Notes: generated by a model from the letters alone, not told the origin. Shown: positions 10,413 to 23,150, numbered from the stretch's first letter. The stretch: DNA of 64,000 nucleotides from Gammaproteobacteria bacterium (GCA_029884165.1 JAOUIH010000004.1:21011-85010); one strand, 5' to 3'. Made by a program: numbers and translations.

Positions 10413-11555
10413 TCAGTCGGCCTGTCGCCGGAGAAAGGCCGGAATGTCCAGCAACTCCTCCTGCAGCCCGCCGGCCTCCAGGCCATCGCCGACGGCGCGC
10501 TTGCGCTGGACGGTCGGTTTGTCGAGCGAGTGGTAGTTGGGCTCGCGCGACTCGGGCTGGCGACGCACGACGCGCATCGGCGCCTGCGACTGCTGAGCCT
10601 CCTGCCCGAGGCCCGTGGCGACGACCGTAACCCGGATCTGGTTGCTCATCTCGGGATCGATGACGGTGCCGACGACGACCGTCGCGTCGTTCGACGCGAA
10701 TTCCTTGATCGTGTTGCCGACCTCCTGGAACTCGCCAATCGAGAGATCCATGCCCGCGGTGACGTTGACCAGTATCCCTCGAGCGCCGGACAGGTTGATG
10801 TCCTCGAGCAGCGGGCTCGAAATCGCCGCTTCGGCGGCTTCGCGTGCGCGATCGTCGCCGGACGACGAGCCTGAGCCCATCATCGCCATGCCCATCTCGG
10901 CCATGACCGTCCGGACGTCCGCAAAGTCGACGTTGATCAGGCCCGGGCGTGTGATCAGTTCCGCAATACCCTGCACCGCGCCCTGCAGCACCTGGTTGGC
11001 CGCCCGGAACGCGTCGAGCAGCGTTGTCTCGCCGCCGAGAACGGTCAGCAACTTCTCGTTGGGGATCGTTATCAGCGAGTCGACGTACTTCCCGAGGTCC
11101 GCTATTCCATTTTCTGCGATCTGCATGCGCTTCATGCCTTCCATCGCGAACGGCTTGGTCACAACGGCAACCGTCAGGATCCCGAGTTCTCTCGCGACCT
11201 GCGCGACTATCGGCGCGGCACCGGTTCCTGTGCCTCCACCCATGCCGGCCGTGATGAACAGCATGTCCGCTCCCTCGATGACCTCGATGATCCGGTCGCG
11301 ATCCTCCATCGCCGCCTGCCGTCCCACTTCGGGATCGGCACCGGCGCCGAGCCCCTTCGTGATATTGCAGCCGATCTGCAGCGCGGTGCGAACGCGGGCG
11401 CTCTTCAGCGCCTGTGAGTCCGTATTTGCGCAAATGAAGTCCACGCCGTCGATGCCGGCATTTACCATGTGCGCGACGGCATTGCCGCCACCACCGCCGA
11501 CTCCGATGACCTTTATCACTGCGCTCTGGCTGTGCGCATCCATCAGTTCAAACAT
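10413..11555 (-). CDS. ftsZ: Cell division GTPase FtsZ
   Basis: Tubulin signature GGGTGTGAAP and the C-terminal peptide DIPAFLRRQAD. Confidence 0.97.
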   Translation of the reverse strand: MFELMDAHSQSAVIKVIGVGGGGGNAVAHMVNAGIDGVDFICANTDSQALKSARVRTALQIGCNITKGLGAGADPEVGRQAAMEDRDRIIEVIEGADMLFITAGMGGGTGTGAAPIVAQVARELGILTVAVVTKPFAMEGMKRMQIAENGIADLGKYVDSLITIPNEKLLTVLGGETTLLDAFRAANQVLQGAVQGIAELITRPGLINVDFADVRTVMAEMGMAMMGSGSSSGDDRAREAAEAAISSPLLEDINLSGARGILVNVTAGMDLSIGEFQEVGNTIKEFASNDATVVVGTVIDPEMSNQIRVTVVATGLGQEAQQSQAPMRVVRRQPESREPNYHSLDKPTVQRKRAVGDGLEAGGLQEELLDIPAFLRRQAD

Positions 11556-11668
11556 TGCCTGTTCCTCCGCTCAAGGATTCTTACGTTTAGTACCTGTGTC
11601 ACCGTCAGCCGGCACGTTCCCGTGTAGCCGGCTTTCTTTCCTTACATGCCGCTCGTCGAGCGGCGCGT

Positions 11669-12907
11669 TCAAAACTGCCCCTGGAACCACGATTTCATCC
11701 GCTCCCAGACGTCAACCACGCTCCCCGACACCGGCGCACTGCGCTTGCCGCGCCGCGCCATGTTTTCGTAGCCGTACAGCAACAGCCCGACACCGGTCGC
11801 ATGTATCGGGTTGCGGACGACGTCGGCGAGACCCTCGACATACTGCGGCGCCCCCAGGCGCACCGGCATGTGGAATACTTCTTCGGCAAGCTCCACCGCT
11901 CCTTCCATCTTGGCGCTTCCCCCCGTGATGACGATGCCGGCCGCGATAAGCTCCTCGAAGCCGCTGCGCCGAAGCTCATCCCGTATCAGCCCGAACAGTT
12001 CCTCGAACCGCGGCTCCACGATCTCCGCGAGCGTCTGCCTTGCCAGTCGCCTGGGTGGCCGTTCGCCCACGCTCGGTACCTCGATCGTTTCGTCCGGATT
12101 CGCAAGCTGCGACAACGCGCAGGCGTACTTGATCTTTATTTCCTCCGCGTACTGCGTCGGAGTACGCATCGAAACTGCGATGTCGTTGGTTACCTGGTCG
12201 CCCGCTATCGGAATGACGGCCGTGTGCTGAATCGCACCGCCCAGGAAGACTGCGAGATCGGTTGTGCCGCCGCCGATATCGACCAGGCAGGACCCCAGCT
12301 CCTTTTCGTCTTCGGTCAGAACCGAGTAGCTCGACGCAAGCTGCTCCAGCACGATGTCGTCAACTTCGAGACCGCAGCGCTGTACGCACTTGACGATGTT
12401 CTGCGCGGCGCTCTCGGCCCCTGTCACCATGTGGACCTTGGCTTCGAGGCGAACGCCCGACATCCCTATCGGCTCGCGGATACCTTCCTGGTTGTCGATG
12501 ATGAATTCCTGGGGAAGGATGTGCAGTATCTTCTGGTCTGCCGGAATCGCGACCGCTCGCGCCGCGTCGATGACGCGATCGACATCGCCCGCACTCACCT
12601 CGCGGTCGCGGATGGCAACGATGCCGTGCGAATTCAGGCTTCGTATGTGGCTGCCGGCAATGCCCGCATATACCGAGTGGATGTCGCAACCTGCCATCAG
12701 CTCGGCTTCTTCGACGGCGCGCTGTATCGAGTGAACCGTCGACTCGATATTGACGACCACTCCCTTTTTCAGGCCGCGCGAAGGATGCGTGCCGATTCCG
12801 ACGACCTCGATTTCGCCGCTGTCCCGGACCTCGCCCACGATCGCGACGACCTTGGATGTACCGATATCCAGCCCGACGATCAGATTTTTTTCCGCCCTCT
12901 TGCTCAC
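11669..12907 (-). CDS. ftsA: Cell division protein FtsA
   Basis: Actin-fold motifs LIVGLDIGTSKV and DIGGGTTD. GTG 12907 gives VSKRAEKNLIVGLDIG, parallel to E. coli MIKATDRKLVVGLEIG. The track ORF extends to 13174 across the ftsQ 3' end. Confidence 0.93.
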   Translation of the reverse strand: MSKRAEKNLIVGLDIGTSKVVAIVGEVRDSGEIEVVGIGTHPSRGLKKGVVVNIESTVHSIQRAVEEAELMAGCDIHSVYAGIAGSHIRSLNSHGIVAIRDREVSAGDVDRVIDAARAVAIPADQKILHILPQEFIIDNQEGIREPIGMSGVRLEAKVHMVTGAESAAQNIVKCVQRCGLEVDDIVLEQLASSYSVLTEDEKELGSCLVDIGGGTTDLAVFLGGAIQHTAVIPIAGDQVTNDIAVSMRTPTQYAEEIKIKYACALSQLANPDETIEVPSVGERPPRRLARQTLAEIVEPRFEELFGLIRDELRRSGFEELIAAGIVITGGSAKMEGAVELAEEVFHMPVRLGAPQYVEGLADVVRNPIHATGVGLLLYGYENMARRGKRSAPVSGSVVDVWERMKSWFQGQF

Positions 12908-12953
12908 TCGAGTACCCGTCCAGCCAATATCATCTGGCGCAAATAGCTGCGCA

Positions 12954-13775
12954 TCACTCCTGCCGCCCCGCGACCAGGCTGCGCGCAGCCGTGTCGCGCT
13001 CCACGTCGGTCGCCGGGCTCGCATCCTCTCGCCAGCCGATCGAAAATCCGTTGCTGTAGCGCATGTCGACAAAATCAATATCTGCCTCGCGGCTTGCCAC
13101 GATGTTTGCGACCACGTCGATGAAGAGATCCGTTCGCTGGTCGACATCTCGTCGCCCGAGGCGTATGTCGACACCGTTCTGCAACGTCAGCTCCCAGGCG
13201 CCCCGCGCATCGAGGTGCACGCGCCGGACGTCGAGGCCCATGGGTATCAGCTGCTCGCGAATCGTCAGGTAACGTCTGGCAACGTCGGCTGAGCGGTCTT
13301 CGGGGCCGCTCAGCCTGGGCAATTCAGCCGGGATGTGCCGCGCGTTGGTCACGAAGAGCTCGCCGCGAGTGTTCAGGAGGCCGGCCTCGCCCCAACAGGC
13401 CGCCGGCACCTGCTCGGTGACGGCTATTTCCAGGGTCGCCGGCCAGCGCCGGGCGACAGTCGCCTGATCGATCCAGGGAAGCGCGGCGACGCGCTCCCGG
13501 ATTGCATGCAGGTCGGCGCTCAGAAAGCCGTGGCTCAGCTCATCGGCGATCGCTTCCTCGATCTGCAGTGCGCTGACGCGCTGGAACGGTCCTTCGACCG
13601 TAATCGCGCGGATCGGCTTGTCGAGTAATATCGAGCTGAAGTGATAACTCAGCACGACGGTCGCCACGGCAACCGTCAGCCGCGTTATGCGCGCAACCGG
13701 GATCGCCGGCATGCGCCATTGCCGCGCTTCGCGCTGCTTCCTACGTTTCGCCTGCCTACGCGCCATTGACAGCAA
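12954..13775 (-). CDS. ftsQ: Cell division protein FtsQ
   Basis: Basic N-terminus, a single TM helix (LTVAVATVVLSYHF), a POTRA-like region (IRAITVEG) and its position between ddl and ftsA. The start could also be 13766. Confidence 0.85.
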   Translation of the reverse strand: MLSMARRQAKRRKQREARQWRMPAIPVARITRLTVAVATVVLSYHFSSILLDKPIRAITVEGPFQRVSALQIEEAIADELSHGFLSADLHAIRERVAALPWIDQATVARRWPATLEIAVTEQVPAACWGEAGLLNTRGELFVTNARHIPAELPRLSGPEDRSADVARRYLTIREQLIPMGLDVRRVHLDARGAWELTLQNGVDIRLGRRDVDQRTDLFIDVVANIVASREADIDFVDMRYSNGFSIGWREDASPATDVERDTAARSLVAGRQE

Positions 13776-14748
13776 TCCCGCTGGGTTTATGCGCAGAGCC
13801 CGTTGCCAGGCTGGTCTCGAGCACGCGCCAGCACAGCTCGCCGAAATCGATTCCCGCGGCTTTCGCCGCCATCGGGACCAGGCTGTGACTGGTCATACCG
13901 GGCACCGTGTTGACTTCGAGCACCTCCGGCTCTTCGCCGCGCGATTGCATCAGGTCCACCCGGCCCCAGCCGGAGCAGCCGAGTTCATTGAACGCACGGA
14001 GCGCCAGGTCCCGGTACTGCTCTTCCAGGTCGGAATCGTCCGTGCCGGGGCAGATGTAGCGCGTCGTGTCCGACTCGTACTTGGCGCGGTAGTCATAGAA
14101 CACGCGCGGCGTCTCGATGCGGATGCTCGGCAACGCGCGGCCCTGCAGCACCGCTACCGTAATCTCGTCACCCACGATGCATCGCTCGATCAGCGCGCAG
14201 TCATCGAAGCCCAGCGCGAGGCTCACGGCCTGATCGAGGTCCCCAGGCTCGAAGACCTTGCTCATCCCGATACTCGAGCCCTGCATCGCGGGTTTGCAGA
14301 CGAGGGGATAACCGAGCTCCTCGGCTGCCAGCACGGCGTCCTGTCGATCGCGGACGACCCGGTAAGCCGGCGTGCTGATGCCTGTCGCGCGAAACAGGTG
14401 CTTGCTCCGAACCTTGTCCATGGCGAGCGCCGAGGCGAGCACCCCGCTGCCGGTGTACGGTACCCCGAGCCACTCCAGCGCGCCCTGCATCGTGCCGTCT
14501 TCGCCACCCGGTCCGTGCAACGCGATCCAGACTCTGTCGTAGCCGACCTTCGCGAATTCCCGCAGGCTGCGTCCGGCGGGGTCCCACGGATCGGCGCTGA
14601 CTCCGCGTCCCAGCAGCGCCTTCAATACCGCGCTGCCTGACTGCAAGGACACCTCGCGCTCGCTCGACGAGCCGCCGAACATGACGGCGACCCGCCCGAA
14701 GTCCCGTGGGTCGCCGATCACGATGCGGGTTTCCGTCCCGGCCGTCAT
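13756..14748 (-). CDS. ddl: D-alanine--D-alanine ligase
   Basis: Motif VMFGGSSSEREVSLQSG and an ATP-grasp body. ATG 14748 forms an ATGA overlap with the murB stop. The 449-aa track ORF is an upstream extension. Confidence 0.93.
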   Translation of the reverse strand: MTAGTETRIVIGDPRDFGRVAVMFGGSSSEREVSLQSGSAVLKALLGRGVSADPWDPAGRSLREFAKVGYDRVWIALHGPGGEDGTMQGALEWLGVPYTGSGVLASALAMDKVRSKHLFRATGISTPAYRVVRDRQDAVLAAEELGYPLVCKPAMQGSSIGMSKVFEPGDLDQAVSLALGFDDCALIERCIVGDEITVAVLQGRALPSIRIETPRVFYDYRAKYESDTTRYICPGTDDSDLEEQYRDLALRAFNELGCSGWGRVDLMQSRGEEPEVLEVNTVPGMTSHSLVPMAAKAAGIDFGELCWRVLETSLATGSAHKPSGIAVNGA

Positions 14749-15644
14749 GCGGCGGCCTCCCCGACAATGCGAACTTCCGGGACCAGGTCGACACCGTGTC
14801 GCTCGCGGACCGAGTGCCGCACGTGAAGAATCAGTGCCTCGATATCGGCGGCGCTCGCATTGTCGGCGTTGATAATGAAATTGGCGTGCTTCGGCGAGAC
14901 CTCGGCGCCGCCGATCCGGCAGCCCTTGAGCCCGGCCGTCTCGATCAGGCGCGCGGCGTGATCGCCCGGCGGATTCCGAAATACGCTGCCGCAGCTCGGC
15001 AACCCGAGCGGCTGAGTGTCCTTGCGTCGCTGGAGCATTGCCCGCTGCGTCGCAAGGCTCGGCTCGACACCGGGTTCGAATCGGAGAGTTGCCTCGACGA
15101 ACCATTCATTGGCCGGACCCTGCACGCTTCGATAGGCGATCCGATAAGCTTCCGGGCCCCGCTCGTGAATCGCGCCGGAGCGGTCGATGCTGCGGACGCT
15201 TTCGACTCGCTCCCAGGTCTCGCCGCCGTGCGCGCCGGCATTCATTGCGAGCGCACCGCCGAGAGTGCCGGGAATGCCGGCGAAGAACTCGGATGGCCCG
15301 TAGCCCCAGCGCAGGCATTGGCGTGCCAGCTGGGTGCAGGGAACGCTTGCGCCGACGCGCACCCGGTGCCCCCCCAGGTTCTTCAGCTCGCTGAATATTC
15401 GCGCGCCAGCGATGACCACACCGCGGATGCCCCCGTCCCGGACCAGCAGGTTGCTGCCCAGCCCGAACCAGAACACGGGCGTGGCTGCGTCCAGTTCGCG
15501 CAGGAATGCCGACAGGTCGTCGAGATCCGCAGGCCGGAAGAACAGGTCGGCCGGCCCCCCGACCCGCCAGGACGTATGCCGGCTCATCGGCTCGTCGCGG
15601 CGAAGCTCACCCCGCACGCCCTTTTGGTCGCGCGCCGCCATCAT
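14745..15644 (-). CDS. murB: UDP-N-acetylenolpyruvoylglucosamine reductase
   Basis: Motif [11 protein letters not shown], 299 aa, ATGA overlap with the murC stop. Confidence 0.9.
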   Translation of the reverse strand: MMAARDQKGVRGELRRDEPMSRHTSWRVGGPADLFFRPADLDDLSAFLRELDAATPVFWFGLGSNLLVRDGGIRGVVIAGARIFSELKNLGGHRVRVGASVPCTQLARQCLRWGYGPSEFFAGIPGTLGGALAMNAGAHGGETWERVESVRSIDRSGAIHERGPEAYRIAYRSVQGPANEWFVEATLRFEPGVEPSLATQRAMLQRRKDTQPLGLPSCGSVFRNPPGDHAARLIETAGLKGCRIGGAEVSPKHANFIINADNASAADIEALILHVRHSVRERHGVDLVPEVRIVGEAAA

Positions 15645-17065
15645 GACTGCACCTTCAGTCGCGGTCCCCGCCCGAGCAATTCCGGGAGCCTGCCTGCCAT
15701 GCCGCCTATATCGCCCGCGCCCATCGTCAGAACCAGGTCGCCATCACGGACCAGGCTTTCGAGCGCGGCCGGGAGCTCCTCGATCGATTCGACGAACACG
15801 GGATCGACGCCACCGCGAGCCCGGATCGCTCGCGCCATCGCGCGGCCATCGGCACCGGCGATCGGGTCCTCGCCAGCCGCATAAACTTCGAGCAGAACCA
15901 GCACGTCGACATCGGCGAGCACTCTCGCGAAGTCGTCCAGCAGGTCTCGCGTACGCGTGTAGCGATGCGGCTGGAATGCGAGCACGACCCGCTTCTCGGG
16001 CCAGCCGGCCCGTGCCGCAGCAACGGTCGCCGCGATCTCGGTCGGGTGATGGCCATAATCGTCGACGAGCATGATCGTGCCGCTGCGTGTCTTGATATCG
16101 CCGTGGTGCTGGAATCGCCGGTCGATACCCGCAAAGTTCTCCAGCGCTCGAACAATCGCGTCGTCGCCAATCTGGAGTTCGCTGGCTACGCCGATCACCG
16201 CCAGCGCATTGCGCACGTTGTGCATGCCGGGCAGCTTGAGCGCGATCGCGAGCGGTTCATCGTGACCCGGCCTCAATACCTCGAAACTCGTCCGGCTCTG
16301 CGCGAAACGGACATTGCGGGCCCGGATATCGGCATCGCCGTCGACGCCGTAGGTAATGATCGACCGGCCGACCTGCGGGAGTATCGCGTTGACACCCGGG
16401 TCGTCCGTGCAAAGAACGGCGACGCCGTAAAACGGCAGGTTGTGCAGGAATTCGACAAACCCGTGGCGCAGCTTGTCCACGTCGCCTTCGTACGTGGACA
16501 TGTGATCCGCATCGATATTCGTGACGACCGCAAGCATCGGCTTCAGATGCATGAACGACGCGTCGCTCTCGTCGGCCTCCGCCACGAGATAATCGCCGAG
16601 CCCGAGCCGGGCGTTCGTATCGGCGCTCTTCAGCCGGCCCCCGATTACGAAGGTCGGGTCCAGGCCGGCTTCCGCCAGAACGCTCGCGACAAGGCTGGTT
16701 GTCGTCGTCTTGCCGTGGGTCCCCGCTACCGCGATCGAGTACCTGAAGCGCATCAATTCAGCGAGCATCTCCGCCCGCGGCACGACCGGCAGCCTCGCGG
16801 CGCGGGCGGCCGCGACCTCGGAATTCGCCTCGCTCACCGCGCTCGATACGACGACCACGTCGGCGTCCCTTATGTTTTCCTCCGCATGGCCGATGTAGAT
16901 CTTGGCGCCCAGCCCGCCGAGCCGCTGCACCTGGGCGTTGTTGCGCAGGTCCGAGCCCTGCACCCGGTACCCGAGGCTCAGCATCACCTCGGCGATGCCG
17001 GACATGCCCGAGCCGCCAATGCCGACGAAGTGCACGCAATTGATCCGGCGCATTCTCGCGATCAT
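15641..17065 (-). CDS. murC: UDP-N-acetylmuramate--L-alanine ligase
   Basis: Motifs [16 protein letters not shown] and [12 protein letters not shown] 17065 overlaps the murG stop (ATGA). The track ORF (780 aa) runs on in another frame of murG. Confidence 0.93.
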   Translation of the reverse strand: MIARMRRINCVHFVGIGGSGMSGIAEVMLSLGYRVQGSDLRNNAQVQRLGGLGAKIYIGHAEENIRDADVVVVSSAVSEANSEVAAARAARLPVVPRAEMLAELMRFRYSIAVAGTHGKTTTTSLVASVLAEAGLDPTFVIGGRLKSADTNARLGLGDYLVAEADESDASFMHLKPMLAVVTNIDADHMSTYEGDVDKLRHGFVEFLHNLPFYGVAVLCTDDPGVNAILPQVGRSIITYGVDGDADIRARNVRFAQSRTSFEVLRPGHDEPLAIALKLPGMHNVRNALAVIGVASELQIGDDAIVRALENFAGIDRRFQHHGDIKTRSGTIMLVDDYGHHPTEIAATVAAARAGWPEKRVVLAFQPHRYTRTRDLLDDFARVLADVDVLVLLEVYAAGEDPIAGADGRAMARAIRARGGVDPVFVESIEELPAALESLVRDGDLVLTMGAGDIGGMAGRLPELLGRGPRLKVQS

Positions 17066-18150
17066 CGGCGTCCCTCCGCGAGTTCGAGACAGATAGCGGT
17101 AATCGCTTCGAGCGCGTCCGGATGCGCAGCGTTGCGCGCTGCGACCGCGCGGCGGCGCAACGCATTCCGGTCGGCCATCCATTCGCCGAGGACGCGCGCC
17201 AGCCGTTCCGGGTCGAGACTCGCCTCCTGCAGAATGATTGCCGCGCCCGCATCCGCGAGCGAACGCGCGTTTGCCGTCTGGTGATCGTCTACGGCGGCTG
17301 GAAACGGTACGAAGACTGCCGGTAGCCCGGCCGCGGCGATCTCGGCGACCGTCAGCGCGCCGGCACGGCAGACGACGAGATCGGCCCAGCCGTAGGCAGC
17401 CGCCATGTCCTCGATGAACGGTACGAGTTCGGCCTCGATGCCGGCGTCCCGGTAGGCCGCCTCGGCCAGCTCGAGAGTACGGCTGCCGGCCTGGTGCATG
17501 ACCAGCGGCCGGCGATCCGGTGCCAGCAACGCGATGGCAGCCGGCACCGTTTGATTCAGGGTCAGCGCTCCCTGGCTGCCGCCCAGCACCAGCAGCCGGA
17601 CGGGTCCCGTCCGATCCGCCAGCCGCTCGGCCGGATCCGCGAGGGCGGCAATCTCCGGGCGCACGGGATTGCCGACCGTCAGAGCGTTGACGCGGGAAGA
17701 AAAACTGCCCGGGAAGGCTTGCAGCACAACCCGGGCAAGACGCGCCAGAAGTCGGTTGGTCAGTCCTGCTATCGCATTCTGTTCGTGGACGACGAGGGGG
17801 CGCCGCAGGATCCACGCCGCCAGCCCGCCGGGCCCGCTGACAAAGCCACCCATGCCGAGCACTGCTGCCGGGCGGTGCCGCGCGACGATGCGCAGCGACT
17901 GCGCGAGCGCCCACGCCAGGCGGAAAGGAGCAGCCAGCAGCGTCAGCACGCTCTTGCCCCTCAGGCCATGCACGCTGACCCACTCGATGTCGATTCCCGC
18001 CGTCGGTACGACCCGCGCCTCGATACCGCGTCGGGTACCGAGCCAGACTACGTTGTGCGAACGGGCCCGCAACGCTTCGGCAACTGCCAGCGCGGGGTAC
18101 ACGTGGCCCCCGGTGCCGCCGGCCATGACCAGTATCGGCTGCGCGTTCAT
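17062..18150 (-). CDS. murG: Lipid II-forming GlcNAc transferase MurG
   Basis: Motif [16 protein letters not shown], 362 aa. Confidence 0.93.
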   Translation of the reverse strand: MNAQPILVMAGGTGGHVYPALAVAEALRARSHNVVWLGTRRGIEARVVPTAGIDIEWVSVHGLRGKSVLTLLAAPFRLAWALAQSLRIVARHRPAAVLGMGGFVSGPGGLAAWILRRPLVVHEQNAIAGLTNRLLARLARVVLQAFPGSFSSRVNALTVGNPVRPEIAALADPAERLADRTGPVRLLVLGGSQGALTLNQTVPAAIALLAPDRRPLVMHQAGSRTLELAEAAYRDAGIEAELVPFIEDMAAAYGWADLVVCRAGALTVAEIAAAGLPAVFVPFPAAVDDHQTANARSLADAGAAIILQEASLDPERLARVLGEWMADRNALRRRAVAARNAAHPDALEAITAICLELAEGRR

Positions 18151-19337
18151 GCGCGCCCCTTACGCGTCGCCTTGCGATTCGCAGGCGGTGCGTCGGTCAC
18201 GAGTTCGTGATGAACACGGAGCAGGAGACCGAGCGCGATCATCGTGATGATCAGGCTGCTGCGACCATAGCTGATCAGCGGCAACGTCAGCCCCTTTGTC
18301 GGCAGTATGCCCATGTTGACGCCGACATTGATGAAAGCCTGCAGCCCGAGCCAGGTTCCAATACCGACCGCGAGATAGGCCTCGAACAACTGTTCCGCAC
18401 GTGCGGCACGCACCGCAAGCCCGAAGATGCGCCACAGCAATGCAAGGAACAGGCCGATCAGGAACACGGCGCCGAGGAGCCCGAACTCCTCCGCGTACAC
18501 GGCGAATACGAAGTCGGTATGCGCTTCCGGCAAGTAGAACAGTTTCTGCACGCCGTTGCCGAGACCGACGCCGAACAACTCGCCGCGGCCGATAGCGATC
18601 AGCGACTGCGTGAGCTGGAAACCGGAGTTGTATGGATCGGCCCAGGGGTCGAGGAAAGCGGTCAGGCGTTGCAGGCGATAGGGCGACGTGATCGCGAGCG
18701 CCCCCATCGTGACGATGGCGACGCCGAAGAAGATGCAAAAATCACGCAGCCTCGCTCCGGCCACGAACAGCATCGTCAGCACCGTTGCGAGCAGCACGAT
18801 CGCCGCGCCGAAGTCGGGCTCCTTCAGCAGCAGGAAACACGCGAGACAGAGCAGGATCATCGGGCGCAGGAATCCGCCGAAACCCTCCCGTACGGCCTTG
18901 CTGCGCCTGACAAGGTAGCCGGCCATGTACAGAATCAGGCAAAGGCGAGCCGGCTCGGAGACCTGCAGGTTCATGAACCCGACGCGCAGCCACCGCGTGC
19001 TGCCGTTGACGGTGTATCCAACGCCCGGCAACAGGACCACGACGAGCAGCGCGAGACCCAGCAACAGCAGCAGCGGCCCGATGCTTCGCCAGACGGACAG
19101 GGGGATGTACAGGCAGACGAATGCGGCTGTCAGGCCGATGACGGCCGCGACGACCTGCCGCTTGAGGTAGAAGAACGGATCGCCGAGCGCACTGTCTGCC
19201 ATGGAGATCGAAGCGGATGCCAGGATCACCAGCCCGCCGAGCAACAGAGTGAGACCGACGCCGAGGAGAATGCCGTCGAGCGCAAGCTTCGTCCGCAGTT
19301 TCGCCGGGAACGGCATCGTGACGCTTTGCACGCTCAT
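18147..19337 (-). CDS. ftsW: SEDS-family peptidoglycan polymerase FtsW
   Basis: 396 aa, polytopic, with the motif [10 protein letters not shown]. It lies between murD and murG. Confidence 0.93.
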   Translation of the reverse strand: MSVQSVTMPFPAKLRTKLALDGILLGVGLTLLLGGLVILASASISMADSALGDPFFYLKRQVVAAVIGLTAAFVCLYIPLSVWRSIGPLLLLLGLALLVVVLLPGVGYTVNGSTRWLRVGFMNLQVSEPARLCLILYMAGYLVRRSKAVREGFGGFLRPMILLCLACFLLLKEPDFGAAIVLLATVLTMLFVAGARLRDFCIFFGVAIVTMGALAITSPYRLQRLTAFLDPWADPYNSGFQLTQSLIAIGRGELFGVGLGNGVQKLFYLPEAHTDFVFAVYAEEFGLLGAVFLIGLFLALLWRIFGLAVRAARAEQLFEAYLAVGIGTWLGLQAFINVGVNMGILPTKGLTLPLISYGRSSLIITMIALGLLLRVHHELVTDAPPANRKATRKGRA

Positions 19338-20707
19338 CAGTGCAACTCCCGGACGAGCTGCGCGAACACGTCGCCGCGATGCATGTAATTGTCGAACTGG
19401 TCGAAGCTCGCGCAGGCCGGCGCGAGCAGGACCGTGTCGCCGGAGCGCGCTTGTTCTCTCGCGAGATTCAGGGCTTCGGCCATGCCGCCCGCAAGGCGTA
19501 CCTCGGCCAGACCTTCGAGCGCCTTCGCAATGCGCTCGGCATCTTCGCCTATGAGGATAGCGAGCCGGAGCTTGTCGTGTATCGAGCTTGCCAGCTGCTC
19601 GAAATCACCGCCCTTGCCCTGCCCGCCGGCGATCAGGACGATGGGGCCCGGAACCGAGCGGACGGAAGCGATCGCGGCCCCCACGTTGGTCGCCTTCGAG
19701 TCATTGATGTAGTCGACACCATGCAGATTGCGGATGTGCTGCATCCGGTGTGGCAACCCGGGAAATTCGACGAGCACCTGCAGCATCGACGGCAGATCGA
19801 GGCCCAGCAATTGACCCGCGGCCAGTGCGGCGAGCGCGTTTGCGTAGTTGTGCTCACCGACGAGTACCATTTCCGAGGTCGCGAGCAGGAGTTGCTCGCC
19901 GCGCGCAAGGAAATCGACCCCGTCCTCGCTGCGGATGCCGTACTGCCCTTCGCCCGGCGTATCCAGTCCGAAGCTGAGGTAGGTCTTCCCGCTGCCGACG
20001 CGCTCTTGTGCCTCCGGGTCCTCCCGGTTGAAAACCGCCGTCTCCGCCTCGGCGAAGATACGGTATTTCGCGTCGCGGTATTCCTGGACGCTTCCGTGCC
20101 AGTCCAGGTGGTCCGGCGAAATATTCAAGAGGACCGCGGCCCTTGCCGGGAGGTGCTTCGTGCGCTGCAGCTGGAAGCTCGACAACTCGAGCACATAGAA
20201 ATCCGGCGTCTCTTCCAGGAGCAGATCGAGCGCCGGCACACCCAGGTTGGCGCCGGCGAGCGCGCGCTTTCCGGCGGCCTCGCACATCAATGCGATCAAT
20301 GTCGTCACCGTGCTCTTGCCATTCGAGCCCGTCACCGCGACGAACGGCGCCTTCGCCTCGCGTACGAACAGCTCGATATCCGACAGGATCTCGACGCCCT
20401 TTTCGCGCGCCGCGACCAGCAGCGGCTCACGATCGGCAAGGCCTGGCGACACGATGACGCGGCCTATGCCATCCGGCAGATCGGCGCTGGCTTTACCGAG
20501 CACGACATCGGCGTCCGGTGCGATGGCCTTGAGTTCGTCCAGCCCGGGAGGCGTGTCGCGACTGTCGGCGTACACGGCATGCCGCCCGCAGCGCGCGAGG
20601 TAGCGCGCGACAGACAGCCCCGTCTTGCCGAGCCCGAACACCAGGTCGGTAGCCTGCTGGCTGTCCGCCTGCTTCGCCGCCTGGGTCTTTTTGCTTGCAG
20701 CGCTCAT
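19337..20707 (-). CDS. murD: UDP-N-acetylmuramoylalanine--D-glutamate ligase
   Basis: Motifs [10 protein letters not shown] and [12 protein letters not shown] 20707 forms an ATGA overlap with the mraY stop. The track ORF extends further upstream. Confidence 0.93.
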   Translation of the reverse strand: MSAASKKTQAAKQADSQQATDLVFGLGKTGLSVARYLARCGRHAVYADSRDTPPGLDELKAIAPDADVVLGKASADLPDGIGRVIVSPGLADREPLLVAAREKGVEILSDIELFVREAKAPFVAVTGSNGKSTVTTLIALMCEAAGKRALAGANLGVPALDLLLEETPDFYVLELSSFQLQRTKHLPARAAVLLNISPDHLDWHGSVQEYRDAKYRIFAEAETAVFNREDPEAQERVGSGKTYLSFGLDTPGEGQYGIRSEDGVDFLARGEQLLLATSEMVLVGEHNYANALAALAAGQLLGLDLPSMLQVLVEFPGLPHRMQHIRNLHGVDYINDSKATNVGAAIASVRSVPGPIVLIAGGQGKGGDFEQLASSIHDKLRLAILIGEDAERIAKALEGLAEVRLAGGMAEALNLAREQARSGDTVLLAPACASFDQFDNYMHRGDVFAQLVRELH

Positions 20708-21786
20708 CGGATCTTCAGACTCGCGAGTCCGATCAGGACGAGGATCACCGTAATGATCCAGAAGCGGACGATGACCTTGGGCTCGGCCCACCCTTTCAGC
20801 TCGAAGTGATGGTGCAGCGGTGCCATACGGAACACGCGCCGCCCGGTGAGCTTGAACGACGCAACCTGGATCATCACGGAAAGCGTTTCGACGACGAATA
20901 CGCCGCCCATGATCGCCAAGACGATTTCCTGCCGGACGATGACACCGACTGCGCCGAGCGCCGCGCCGAGCGACAGCGCGCCGATGTCGCCCATGAAGAC
21001 CTGCGCGGGGTAGGTATTGAACCACAGGAACCCGAGCCCCGCTCCTGCCATCGCCGCGCAGAAGACCAGTACTTCGCCGGTGCCCGCGACGTATGGAATG
21101 TCCAGGTAACCTGAGAAATTGACGTTTCCGGTGACGTAAGCGAACACGCCGAGCGCTCCGCCAACCAACACGGTAGGCATGATCGCGAGTCCATCCAACC
21201 CATCCGTCAGGTTCACCGCGTTACTGAAGCCCACTATGAACAGGAAGGTCACTGCGATCTGCAGCATCCCGAGGGGAATGGCGAGATTCTTGAAATACGG
21301 GATCAACAGCGAGGTACTGACCTCATCGGCCGCCATCGCGTATAAAGCGACTGCCGCAGCAAGACCGGCGGCGGATTGCCAGAAAAGCTTCTTCCGGGCC
21401 GACAGCCCGGCTGGATTGCGAAGAATCAGCTTTTTGTAATCGTCGACGTAGCCGATGATCCCGAAGGCCAGCGTTACGAACAGCACGATCCAGATGAACC
21501 GATTCTCGAGGTCGGCCCAGAGTACGGTGCTTACCACGATCGCCGTCAGGATCAGCGCGCCACCCATCGTCGGCGTGCCGGCCTTCGGCAGGTGCGTCAC
21601 CGGCCCCTCGGCGCGCACCGGCTGACCCATCTGGTTCATGCTGAGCCGGGCGATCATCCGCGGGCCGATGACGAATGACAGAACCAGGGCCGTCAGCGCA
21701 CCGAGAATCGCACGCAGTGTCAGGTAGTTGAATACCGTGAACGCCGACTCGAAATTCGCCAGGTAATTGGTAACGTAAAGCAGCAC
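20704..21786 (-). CDS. mraY: Phospho-N-acetylmuramoyl-pentapeptide transferase
   Basis: 360 aa, motif [13 protein letters not shown]. Confidence 0.96.
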   Translation of the reverse strand: MLLYVTNYLANFESAFTVFNYLTLRAILGALTALVLSFVIGPRMIARLSMNQMGQPVRAEGPVTHLPKAGTPTMGGALILTAIVVSTVLWADLENRFIWIVLFVTLAFGIIGYVDDYKKLILRNPAGLSARKKLFWQSAAGLAAAVALYAMAADEVSTSLLIPYFKNLAIPLGMLQIAVTFLFIVGFSNAVNLTDGLDGLAIMPTVLVGGALGVFAYVTGNVNFSGYLDIPYVAGTGEVLVFCAAMAGAGLGFLWFNTYPAQVFMGDIGALSLGAALGAVGVIVRQEIVLAIMGGVFVVETLSVMIQVASFKLTGRRVFRMAPLHHHFELKGWAEPKVIVRFWIITVILVLIGLASLKIR

Positions 21787-21788
21787 GC

Positions 21789-23150
21789 TCAGGCTCCGTC
21801 AGCTTCTGCTGCCAGCGCGGCGACGACCCTTTCCATCCGGGACGACCGCGACCCCTTGACCAGCACGCCGGCCGGCGGCGACGCGCCGGCCGCACAGCGC
21901 AGCGCTTCGGTCAGCCCCTCGACCGTTTCGAACCACTCGCCCCGGGCGCCGAACGCCTCCACCGCGTGACGCGACATCGGTCCGGTAGCGAACAGGCGGG
22001 ACACGCCCGCGCCACTGGCGCGCCGGCCCACGTCCGCATGCATTTCCGCGGCTGCCGCTCCCAGCTCAGCCATGTCACCCAGCACCAGCCAGTTCTCGCC
22101 GGGTTGGGAGCCGAGAAATTCGGCCGCCGCTATGACGCTGGCAGGGTTTGCGTTGTAGCTGTCGTCGTACAGAGTGCAGCCGCCGATACCGGCGAGGCGG
22201 CGGAGCCGGCCGCCTACCGGTCGCGCAGCCTGTAGCCCGGCGACGACCTGTTCCGGGCGAATGTCCAGCGCATACGCGACGGCGGCGGCCGCACAGGCGT
22301 TCACCACGTTGTGCCGACCGGCGAGGGGCAGTTCGACCCGCTCGGCCGATCCCGGCATGTGCAAGGTAAAGGCGGAACCGGCGGCCGTCGGCCGAACATC
22401 GCTCGCGCGGACGTCCGCACCCGCTGCGAAACCGAAGCTCCGGACCGGTATGTCCCGGGCCATCGACATCCAGAGACCGAACCAGGCGTCATCCGCGTTC
22501 AGGACTGCACAGTCCGGGCGCGGCTGCCCCTGCAGGATTTCGCCCTTTGCGCGAGCCACGCCTTCGATGCTGCCGAAGCCCTCGAGATGGGCGGGTCCGG
22601 CGTTCGTGATCGCGACGACGCGCGGCGCGGCGAGCCGCGTCAGGTAGGCGATCTCGCCGGCGTGGTTGGCGCCCATCTCGAACACGGCATAGCGGTGCCC
22701 CGGTTCGAGGCGCGCAAGCATCAGCGGTAGCCCGATGTCGTTATTCAGGTTGCCGGCAGTCGCCAGCGTCGGTGCCGACTGACCGAGAATGCTCGCGATC
22801 AGTTCCTTCAGGGTCGTCTTCCCGTTGCTGCCTGTAATGCCGACGATCGTGGCGGGCATCTTCCGGCGCCACGTGCCGGCGAGATCCCCGAGCGCGATTC
22901 TCGAATCGCGGACGACGATGCTGGCGAGATCTGTCTCGATTTCCCTCTCCACGACTGCGCCGGCCGCCCTGGCCTCTGCCGCAGCGCTTACGAACTCCGC
23001 ACCGTCGAAATTCGGCCCGCGCAATGCGAAGAAGAGTTCCCCCGCCCTGAGGCTGCGCGTATCCGTGCTAATGCCGCGAAAGCCAGTGTCCTGACCATGC
23101 AAGCGGCCCTGCATCGAGGCGGCCGCCGCTCTGAGCGTGCACTCGATCAC
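21789..23150 (-). CDS. murF: UDP-MurNAc-tripeptide--D-Ala-D-Ala ligase
   Basis: Motif ITGSNGKTT, 453 aa, and its position in the dcw cluster. Confidence 0.92.
   Translation of the reverse strand: MIECTLRAAAASMQGRLHGQDTGFRGISTDTRSLRAGELFFALRGPNFDGAEFVSAAAEARAAGAVVEREIETDLASIVVRDSRIALGDLAGTWRRKMPATIVGITGSNGKTTLKELIASILGQSAPTLATAGNLNNDIGLPLMLARLEPGHRYAVFEMGANHAGEIAYLTRLAAPRVVAITNAGPAHLEGFGSIEGVARAKGEILQGQPRPDCAVLNADDAWFGLWMSMARDIPVRSFGFAAGADVRASDVRPTAAGSAFTLHMPGSAERVELPLAGRHNVVNACAAAAVAYALDIRPEQVVAGLQAARPVGGRLRRLAGIGGCTLYDDSYNANPASVIAAAEFLGSQPGENWLVLGDMAELGAAAAEMHADVGRRASGAGVSRLFATGPMSRHAVEAFGARGEWFETVEGLTEALRCAAGASPPAGVLVKGSRSSRMERVVAALAAEADGA

Noticed and set aside
15641-17983. Very long N-terminal extensions in the ORF track (murC 780 aa; also ddl 449 aa, murD 562 aa, ftsA 501 aa, petB 483 aa, MoxR 374 aa, yrbG 525 aa, lptB 470 aa)
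   Set aside because: The extensions overlap the upstream gene in another frame and look like junk. Conserved N-terminal motifs plus ATGA/TAATG stop-start overlaps identify the internal starts used in the feature table.
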